NCBI GenBank assembly: GCA_032718475.1
Contig: JAUCBJ010006539.1
Span: 1-39,022 of the forward strand
Reading direction: 5' to 3'
Length of the DNA: 39,022 nucleotides
Source of the DNA: Nemertoderma westbladi
Taxonomy: Eukaryota > Animalia > Xenacoelomorpha
Numbering within the stretch: position 1 is the first letter of the stretch; each line of letters starts with the position of its first letter. The translations under genes were made by a program, and so were the position numbers. The notes beneath the pieces were generated by a model that was not told where the DNA came from, did not search any database, and saw only the letters and a program-made list of their open reading frames with translations. Below, piece after piece: positions 13,301 through 25,300 of this stretch.

Positions 13301-16300
13301 GCAACAATGTCCTACAACATCTTCACAACTATGTCCAACACACAATGACCGCAACAATGTCCTACAACATCTTCACAACCATGTCCAACACACAATGACC
13401 GCAACAATGTCCCACAACAATTACACAACCATGTCCAACACACATTGACCGCAACAATGTCCAAAAACAATTTCACAACCATGTCCAACACACAATGACC
13501 GCAACAATGTCCCAGAACAATTTCACAACCATGTCCAACACACAATGACCGCAACAATGTCCCACAACAATTTCACAACCATGTCCAACACACAATGACC
13601 GCAACAATGTCCCAGAACAATTTCACAACCATGTCCAACACACAATGTCCCACAACAATTTCACAACCATGTCCAACACACATTGACCGCAACAATGTCC
13701 AAAAACAATTTCACAACCATGTCCAACACACAATGACCGCAACAATGTCCCACAACAATTTCACAACCATGTCCAACACACAATGACCGCAACAATGTCC
13801 CAGAACAATTTCACAACCATGTCCAACACACAATGACCGCAACAATGTCCCAGAACAATTTCACAACCATGTCCAACACACAATGACCGCAACAATGTCC
13901 CACAACAATTTCACAACCATGTCCAACACACAATGACCGCAACAATGTCCTACAACATCTTCACAACCAGTCCAACACACAATGACCGCAACAATGTCCC
14001 ACAACAATTAAACAATCATGTCCAACACACAATGACCGCAACAATGTCCCACAACAATTACACAATCATGTCCAACACACAATGACCGCAACAATGTCCT
14101 ACAACATCTTCACAACCATGTCCACCAACACACAATGACCGCAACAATGTCCTACAACATCTTCACAACCATGTCCACACACTAAAATGTCCCAGAATTT
14201 CTAAATTCGCAACTCTGTAAAAACTTAACACATAAGTATTAATGTAAATAATTTAACAGCAACACAAATGGGATGTTGTTAAGCAGCCGAAAATAAAGGG
14301 TGATAGCGGTTTCTCTTAATATTAATTTAAACGTTAACATCATTCGATAAACAAAGTAATATAATGTGATAGTTAACGTTAGTCATTAAATAAAGTAATA
14401 AAAAGTGTGAACGTGAGCCATACAAGGGGAGTTAAGTAGGAGCATCAGCAGTTATACACAATGGATATAAAGCGTGAGCCAATATGGCTGTACATTAAAC
14501 ACAGCAATATAAAGCGTGAATGTTGGTGTTGAAGCAAACGAAAATAAATAGCGTTGGCGTCAGCGTAAATTAACATTATATATAAAAATGTAATACTAAA
14601 TTATTCAACGTAACATAATAATTATAAAACCTTGGGGGGATTGATTGACTGGGACAGGAGGGGGGTGGAAGGACAAAACGACATACTAAGGGTCAAAGAA
14701 TTGGATCTCCTTAATGATAATTTTGAGAATTGAGAATTCTGAATAATTCAAATAATTCTGTATACAAGTACCACATCGTAGCTTAAGTGTCATAAGGCCC
14801 TAAGTGGATTTTTATCGGATTTTACCATTTTATACAATTCCACACTTTAAGACATGAGCTCTATCAGCTGGTGGAGTTTGAACACTTTAACCAATAGGAA
14901 GTGATGATTATTGCGTGGTAAAGTGAAGCCCTATATATCCCAGTGGACAATATTTTACAGCAGAAAGGCCCTATGTTGAGTTTTAACCAATGGGACGTGA
15001 TGATTTTTACGTAATAAAGTGAAATCCAACAATCCTATGGGCAATATTTTACTGCAGAAAGGACCTATATTCTCAGGCTCTTTCCCAGATCATTGCATTT
15101 TGACTTGGGCCTTGTGACACTTCAGCTACGATATTAGCCTCTCTATATAGCATTCAATGGATCAACGTTAACAATTATATACAATAAATCATATTAGAGT
15201 ACGTAACGTGTAACGTATTTGTAGCATATCATTGTATTGGTGAGTTAATGGCAGCACATTCCACTACGGGAGTTAATATCTATAACTCTACAACTAAATA
15301 AAGTGATAATTAAATTGAATTGCAGCGACGTTTCATAAAGTGACACATTATACTCACCCGAGATATAAAAGGGCGTGGTAGATATACTAGGGAGACCACC
15401 TTGGGAACGAGGATGGTTAGCGATGAATCAGATGTAATTAATATCCGAGCATATTTATATTTTCTACAATATAGACACATCACACAAGGACCAAGCATTA
15501 TGCAATTAGTATTATGATGCATGAGTTAAAATATTCAATTTCCCATTTAGTATTAGATATGAAGACATTGCATTACAATAGCGCCGCAACCCAAGATGAC
15601 TTAAGTGCTTGATATTGAAAGCGTGGTAAATACAGATAATACATAACATAAATAGAAAAAGTAAAGCTAGTAACAGTATTAGTTACAAATTAATTAATCG
15701 AACCTACCGGTAGTGAATGTCCATTCCTCCCAATCGCTTTCACCGAGATCATTGACTGCCTTTAATTTCATTTTATAAAATGAAGATGAATCCAGACCCC
15801 GGATCATATACTGAGTGTGGTCCGAATCAATCACTACCTGTTGCCAGGCACCAGTGGACTCAATGACGGCGGAATTAACCACAGTGCCCTCCTAAACAAA
15901 CAATGACTAAATAATTAACCACAATGCCCTCATAAACAAACAATGAATTAATAATTAACCACAGAGCCATCCTAAACAAACAATGACTGAATAATTAACC
16001 ACAGTGCCCTCCTAAACAAACAATGAATTAATAATTAACCACAGTGCCCTCCTAAACAAACAATGACTGAATAATTAACCACAGTGCCCTCCTAAACAAA
16101 CAATGACTGAATAATTAACCACAGTGCCCTCCTAAACAAACAATGACTAAATAATTAACCACAGTGCCCTCCTAAACAAACAATGACTGAATAATTAACC
16201 ACAGTGCCCTCCTAAACAAACACTGACTGAATAATTAACCACAGTGCCCTCCCAAACAAACACTGACTGAATAATTAACCACAGTGCCCTCCTAAACAAA

Positions 16301-19300
16301 CAATGACTAAATAATTAACCACAGTGCCCTCCTAAACAAACAATGACTGAATAATTAACCACAGTGCCCTCCTAAACAAACAATGAATTAATAATTAACC
16401 ACAGTACCCTCCTAAACAAACAATGAATGAATAATTAATCACAATGCCCTCCTAAACAAACAATGAATGAATAATTAACCACAGTGCCCTCCTAAACACA
16501 CAATGACTAAATAATTAACCACAGTGCCCTCCTAAACAAACAATGACTGAATAATTAACCACAGTGCCCTCCTAAACAAACAATGACTAAATAATTAACC
16601 ACAGTGCCCTCCTAAACAAACAATGACTGAATAATTAACCACAGTGCCCTCCTAAACAAACAATGACTAAATAATTAATCACAGTGCCCTCCTAAACAAT
16701 TAACCACAGTGCCCTCCTAAACAAACAATGACTGAATAATTAACCACAGTGCCCTCCTAAACAAACAAAGAATAAATAATTAACCACAATGCCCTCCCAA
16801 ACAAACAATGACTGAATAATTAACCACAGTACCCTCCTAAACAAACAATGAATGAATAATTAACCACAATGCCCTCCTAAACAATTAACCACAGTGCCCT
16901 CCTAAACAAACAATGACTGAATAATTAACCACAGTGCCCCCTAAACAAACAAAGAATAAATAATTAACCACAATGCCCTCCTAAACAAACAATGACTCAA
17001 TGACTGAATAATTAACCACAATGCAAAACCTAAACAAACAATGACTGAATAATTAACCACAGTGCCCTCCCAAACAAACAATGGGTGAATAATTAACCAC
17101 TGTAACGCCCTAAACAAACAATGAATTAATAATTAACCACAATGCCCTCCTAAACAAACAATGACTAAATAATTAACCACAATGCCCCTCCTAAACAAAC
17201 AATGACTGAATAATTAATCACAGTGCCCTCCTAAACAAACAATGAATTAATAATTAACCACAGTGCCCTCTAAACAAACAATGACTGAATAATTAACCAT
17301 AGTGCCCTCCTAAACAAACAATGACTGAATAATTAACCACAGTGCAAAACCTAAACAAACAATGAATGAATAATTAATCCCAGTGCTCTCCTAAACAAAC
17401 AATGACTGAATAATTAACCACAGTGCCCCCCTAAACAAACAATGAATGAATAATTAACCACAGTGCCCTCCTAAACAAACAATGAATTAATAATTAACCA
17501 CAGTGCCCTCCTAAACAAACAATGACTAAATAATTAACCACAATGCCCTCCTAAACAAACAATGAATGAATAATTAATCACAGTGCCCCCCTAAACAAAC
17601 AATGACTGAATAATTAACCACAGTGCCCCCCTAAACAAACAATGAATGAATAATTAACCACAGTGCCCTCCTAAACAAACAATGAATTAATAATTAACCA
17701 CAGTGCACTCCCAAACAAACAATGACTAAATAATTAACCACAATGCCCTCCTAAACAAACAATGAATGAATAATTAATCACAGTGCCCCCCTAAACAAAC
17801 AATGAATGAATAATTAGCCACAGTGCCCTCTAAACAAACAATGACTGAATAATTAACCATAGTGCCCTCCCAAATAAACAATGAATGAATAATTAATAAC
17901 AGTGCCCTCCTAAACAAACAATGACTGAATAATTAACCACAGTGCCCCCCTAAACAAACAATGAATGAATAATTAACCACAGTGCCCTCCTAAACAAACA
18001 ATGACTGAATAATTAACCACAGTGCCCCCCTAAACAAACAATGACTGAATAATTAACCACAGTGCCCCCCTAAACAAACAATGAATGAATAATTAACCAC
18101 AGTTCCCTCCTAAACAAACAATGACTGAATAATTAACCACAGTGCCCTCCTAAACAAACAATGAATTAATAATTAACCACAGTGCCCTCCTAAACAAACA
18201 ATGACTGAATAATTAACCACAGTGCCCTCCTAAACAAACAATGAATTAATAATTAACCACAATGGCCTCCTACACAAACAATGAACTAATAATTAACCAC
18301 AGTGCCCTCCTAAACAAACAATGAATGAATAATTAACCACAGTGCCCTCCTAAACAAACAATGACTGAATAATTAACCACAGTGCCCTCCTAAACAAACA
18401 ATGAATTAATAATTAACCACAATGCCCTCCTAAACAAACAATGAACTAATAATTAACCACAGTGCCGTCCTAAACAAACAATGAATGAATAATTAACCAC
18501 AGTGCCCTCCTAAACAAACAATGAATTAATAATTAACCACAGTGCCCTCCTAAACAAACAATGAATGAATAATTAATCACAGTGCCCCCCTAAACAAACA
18601 ATGAATGAATAATTAACCACAGTGCCCTCCTAAACAAACAATGACTGAATAATTAACCACAGTGCCCTCCTAAACAAACAATGAATTAATAATTAACCAC
18701 AGTGCCCTCCTAAACAAACAATGACGAAATAATTAACCACAATGCCCCTCCAAAACAAACAATGACTGAATAATTAACCACAGTGCCCTCCTAAACAAAC
18801 AATGAATTAATAATTAACCACAGTGCCCTCCTAAACAAACAATGAATGAATAATTAATCACAGTGCCCCCCTAAACAAACAATGAATGAATAATTAATCA
18901 CAGTGCCCCCCTAAACAAACAATGACTAAATAATTAACCACAGTGCCCTCCTAAACAAACAATGAATTAATAATTAACCACAGTGCCTTCCTAAACAAAC
19001 AATGAATGAATAATTAATCACAGTGCCCCCCTAAACAAACAATGACTAAATAATAATTAACCACAGTGCCCTCCTAAACAAACAATGACTGAATAATTAA
19101 CCACAGTGCCCTCCTAAACAAACAATGACTGAATAATTAACCACAGTGCCCTCCTAAACAAACAATGACTGAATAATTAACCACAGTGCCCTCCTAAAGA
19201 AACAATGAATTAATAATTAACCACAGTGCCCTCCTAAACAAACAATGAATTAATAATTACCACAGTGCCCTCCTAAACAAACAATGAATGAATAATTAAT

Positions 19301-22300
19301 CACAGTGCCCCCCTAAACAAACAATGAATGAATAATTAACCACAGTGCCCTCCTAAACAAACAATGACTGAATAATTAACCACAGTGCCCTCCTAAACAA
19401 ACAATGAATGAATAATTAATCACAGTGCCCCCCTAAACAAACAATGACTAAATAATAATTAACCACAGTGCCCTCCTAAACAAACAATGACTGAATAATT
19501 AACCACAGTGCCCTCCTAAACAAACAATGACTGAATAATTAACCACAGTGCCCTCCTAAACAAACAATGACTGAATAATTAACCACAGTGCCCTCCTAAA
19601 GAAACAATGAATTAATAATTAACCACAGTGCCCTCCTAAACAAACAATGAATTAATAATTACCACAGTGCCCTCCTAAACAAACAATGAATGAATAATTA
19701 ATCACAGTGCCCCCCTAAACAAACAATGAATGAATAATTAACCACAGTGCCCTCCTAAACAAACAATGACTGAATAATTAACCACAGTGCCTTCCTAAAC
19801 AAACAATGACTGAATAATTAACCACAGTGCCCTCCTAAACAAACAATGACTGAATAATTAACCACAGTGCCCTCCTAAACAAACAATGAATTAATAATTA
19901 ACCACAGTGCCCTCATAAACAAACAATGAATGAATAATTAATCACAGTGCCCCCCTAAACAAACAATGAATGAATAATTAACCACAGTGCCCTCCTAAAC
20001 AAACAATGACTGAATAATTAACCACAGTGCCCTCCTAAACAAACAATGACTGAATAATTAACCACAGTGCCCTCCTAAACAAACAATGACTGAATAATTA
20101 ACCACAGTGCTCTCCTAAACAAACAATGTATTAATAATTAACCACAGTGCCCCCCTAAACAAACAATGAATGAATAATTAACCACAGTGCCCTCCTAAAC
20201 AAACAATGACTGAATAATTAACCACAGTGCCCTCCTAAACAAACAATGACTGAATAATTAACCACAGTGCCCTCCTAAACAAACAATGACTGAATAATTA
20301 ACCACAGTGCCCTCCTAAACAAACAATGAATTAATAATTAACCACAGTGCCCTCCTAAACAAACAATGACGAAATAATTAACCACAATGCCCCTCCAAAA
20401 CAAACAATGACTGAATAATTAACCACAGTGCCCTCCTAAACAAACAATGAATTAATAATTAACCACAGTGCCCTCCTAAACAAACAATGAATGAATAATT
20501 AATCACAGTGCCCCCCTAAACAAACAATGAATGAATAATTAATCACAGTGCCCCCCTAAACAAACAATGACTAAATAATTAACCACAGTGCCCTCCTAAA
20601 CAAACAATGAATTAATAATTAACCACAGTGCCCTTCTAAACAAACAATGAATGAATAATTAATCACAGTGCCCCCCTAAACAAACAATGACTAAATAATA
20701 ATTAACCACAGTGCCCTCCTAAACAAACAATGACTGAATAATTAACCACAGTGCCCTCCTAAACAAACAATGACTGAATAATTAACCACAGTGCCCTCCT
20801 AAACAAACAATGACTGAATAATTAACCACAGTGCCCACCTAAAGAAACAATGAATTAATAATTAACCACAGTGCCCTCCTAAACAAACAATGAATTAATA
20901 ATTACCACAGTGCCCTCCTAAACAAACAATGAATGAATAATTAATCACAGTGCCCCCCTAAACAAACAATGAATGAATAATTAACCACAGTGCCCTCCTA
21001 AACAAACAATGACTGAATAATTAACCACAGTGCCCTCCTAAACAAACAATGAATGAATAATTAATCACAGTGCCCCCCTAAACAAACAATGACTAAATAA
21101 TAATTAACCACAGTGCCCTCCTAAACAAACAATGACTGAATAATTAACCACAGTGCCCTCCTAAACAAACAATGACTGAATAATTAACCACAGTGCCCTC
21201 CTAAACAAACAATGACTGAATAATTAACCACAGTGCCCTCCTAAAGAAACAATGAATTAATAATTAACCACAGTGCCCTCCTAAACAAACAATGAATTAA
21301 TAATTACCACAGTGCCCTCCTAAACAAACAATGAATGAATAATTAATCACAGTGCCCCCCTAAACAAACAATGAATGAATAATTAACCACAGTGCCCTCC
21401 TAAACAAACAATGACTGAATAATTAACCACAGTGCCCTCCTAAAGAAACAATGAATTAATAATTAACCACAGTGCCCTCCTAAACAAACAATGAATTAAT
21501 AATTACCACATTGCCCTCCTAAACAAACAATGAATGAATAATTAATCACAGTGCCCCCCTAAACATACAATGAATGAATAATTAACCACAGTGCCCTCCT
21601 AAACAAACAATGACTGAATAATTAACCACAGTGCCCTCCTAAACAAACAATGAATGAATAATTAATCACAGTGCCCCCCTAAACAAACAATGACTAAATA
21701 ATAATTAACCACAGTGCCCTCCTAAACAAACAATGACTGAATAATTAACCACAGTGCCCTCCTAAACAAACAATGACTGAATAATTAACCACAGTGCCCT
21801 CCTAAACAAACAATGACTGAATAATTAACCACAGTGCCCTCCTAAAGAAACAATGAATTAATAATTAACCACAGTGCCCTCCTAAACAAACAATGAATTA
21901 ATAATTACCACAGTGCCCTCCTAAACAAACAATGAATGAATAATTAATCACAGTGCCCCCCTAAACAAACAATGAATGAATAATTAACCACAGTGCCCTC
22001 CTAAACAAACAATGACTGAATAATTAACCACAGTGCCCTCCTAAACAAACAATGACTGAATAATTAACCACAGTGCCCTCCTAAACAAACAATAACTGAA
22101 TAATTAACCACAGTGCCCTCCTAAACAAACAATGAATTAATAATTAACCACAGTGCCCTCATAAACAAACAATGAATGAATAATTAATCACAGTGCCCCC
22201 CTAAACAAACAATGAATGAATAATTAACCACAGTGCCCTCCTAAACAAACAATGACTGAATAGTTAACCACAGTGCCCTCCTAAACAAACAATGACTGAA

Positions 22301-25300
22301 TAATTAACCACAGTGCCCTCCTAAACAAACAATGACTGAATAATTAACCACAGTGCTCTCCTAAACAAACAATGTATTAATAATTAACCACAGTGCCCCC
22401 CTAAACAAACAATGAATGAATAATTAACCACAGTGCCCTCCTAAACAAACAATGACTGAATAATTAACCACAGTGCCCTCCTAAACAAACAATGACTGAA
22501 TAATTAACCACAGTGCCCTCCTAAACAAACAATGACTGAATAATTAACCACAGTGCCCTCCTAAACAAACAATGAATTAATAATTAACCACAGTGCCCTC
22601 CTAAACAAACAATGACGAAATAATTAACCACAATGCCCCTCCAAAACAAACAATGACTGAATAATTAACCACAGTGCCCTCCTAAACAAACAATGAATTA
22701 ATAATTAACCACAGTGCCCCCCTAAACAAACAATGAATGAATAATTAATCACAGTGCCCCCCTAAACAAAAATTGAATGAATAATTAATCACAGTGCCCC
22801 CCTAAACAAACAATGACTAAATAATTAACCACAGTGCGCTCCTAAACAAACAATGAATTAATAATTAACCACAGTGCCCTCCTAAACAAACAATGAATGA
22901 ATAATTAATCACAGTGCCTTCCTAAACAAACAATGACTGAATAATTAACCACAGTGCCCTCCTAAACAAACAATGACTGAATAATTAACCACAGTGCCCT
23001 CCTAAACAAACAATGACTGAATAATTAACCACAGTGCCCCCCTAAACAAACAATGAATGAATAATTAATCACAGTGCCCCCCTAAACAAAAATTGAATGA
23101 ATAATTAATCACAGTGCCCCCCTAAACAAACAATGACTAAATAATTAACCACAGTGCCCTCCTAAACAAACAATGAATTAATAATTAACCACAGTGCCCC
23201 CCTAAACAAACAATGAATGAATAATTAACCACAGTGCCTTCCTAAACAAACAATGACTGAATAATTAACCACAGTGCCCTCCTAAACAAACAATGACTGA
23301 ATAATTAACCACAGTGCCCTCCTAAACAAACAATGACTGAATAATTAACCACAGTGCTCTCCTAAACAAACAATGTATTAATAATTAACCACAGTGCCCC
23401 CCTAAACAAACAATGAATGAATAATTAACCACAGTGCCCTCCTAAACAAACAATGACTGAATAATTAACCACAGTGCCCTCCTAAACAAACAATGACTGA
23501 ATAATTAACCACAGTGCCCTTCTAAACAAACAATGACTGAAGAATTAACCACAGAGCCATCCTAGACAAACAATGACTAAATAATTAACCAATATGCCCT
23601 CCTAAACAAACAATGACTGAATAATTAACCACAGTGCCCTCCTAAACAAACAATGACTGAATAATTAACCACAGTGCCCCCCTAAACAAACAATGAATGA
23701 ATAATTAACCACAGTGCCCTCCTAAACAAACAATGACTGAATAATTAACCACAGTGCCCTCCTAAACAAACAATGACTGAATAATTAACCACAGTGCCCT
23801 CCTAAACAAACAATGACTGAATAATTAACCACAGTGCCCTCCTAAACAAACAATGACTGAATAATTAACCACAGTGCCCTCCTAAACAAACAATGACTGA
23901 ATAATTAACCACAGTGCCCTCCCAAACAAACACTGACTGAATAATTAACCACAGTGCCCTCCCAAACAAACACTGACTGAATAATTAACCACAGTGCCCT
24001 CCTAAACAAACACTGACTGAATAATTAACCACAGTGCCCTCCTAAACAAACAATGAATTAATAATTAACCACAGTGCCCTCCTAAACAAACACTGACTGA
24101 ATAATTAACCACAGTGCCCTCCTAAACAAACACTGACTGAATAATTAACCACAATGCCCTCCTAAACAAACAATGACTGAATAATTAACCACAGTGCCCT
24201 CCATAACAACTTACCTTTCTGTAGTGTAACATGTAGTTGCTTATATCTGAACCCCCATCCGACGATGGTGTCCATGTTAGCTTATATATCGACGCGTAAG
24301 GCGATGTAGCTATACTCGTTATAACAGGTTTAAATGGTTGACCTGCAAATAATTTAGTTAATAACGGGGAAGTTTCATTGATGTAATTTATATTTTATAT
24401 ATACTGAGTCAAATATGTAATTGTTCTAAATTGGGTGTTTAAAACTTAAATCCAATAGATCGAAATCGAAACTTTCTATCGATAAATCAATGTATATCAT
24501 TCGTGATATTAAAGGTCAGTATGTTTCAAAGCGACGGTAGATTATTCGATTATCGAATGAAATTGTATATTTCAGTTTACATCAGAATTTGGAATTGAAA
24601 ACCATTCATTCAGATTTTGCAATGTTTCGCATCTTGTGGCATCATGTGGCTACAAAAAATTATGTCCCAATTTGTCAAAATAACAGTTTTTAATAAATAA
24701 TTCAAATCCCTGAATGAAAACGTGCTGTTACCTGGCAACATCATGGTTACTAGGCAACCATACTGTTACTGAGTAACAGTTAACTCATGCTGCACCTGAA
24801 GAAATCAAAACAAAAGAGAGGATACCAAAACCATAACGTATCGCGGCATTTAGGAAGTTAGTATAGAAAAGAGATTTATACAAAAGTGTAGAAATACAGT
24901 AGCTATAACAATATAGGTTTATAAATAATACAAAACTGTAGAATATTATCATTAAAAAATTATGCAAAGGAATAATTAATACATCCTGTACATTCCTAAT
25001 TATACCTATTTATCCAATTGAAAAAATAAATTACCTATTTTTGTCTGACTTTTTTACCCGCATTTTCGAGTCAAAGCATATTTATTAGTTGCCGAGGAAA
25101 AAATGCTTAAATCCTATTTTTTGACCGGGTCCAAATTGTCAGCTATATCCTTCCCTATATCAGCTTGTTGGTCTGGGCGTACTGTGCTGTTTGATACGAA
25201 CTTAGTCCAAAGAGCAGGTAAAACATAGTTGATTCGTATAATACATTTACAATAAAACAATATACCAATATTTATTCTCACTTCTGAGGTCCTACATTAT

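Noticed and set aside
11729-13786. Cys/Thr-rich short ORFs
   Set aside because: Translations of the 50-bp satellite, which shifts frame every unit.
15861-24202. CRISPR array
   Set aside because: The units are head-to-tail with no unique spacers, there are no cas genes, and the context is a spliceosomal intron. The same applies to the other arrays.
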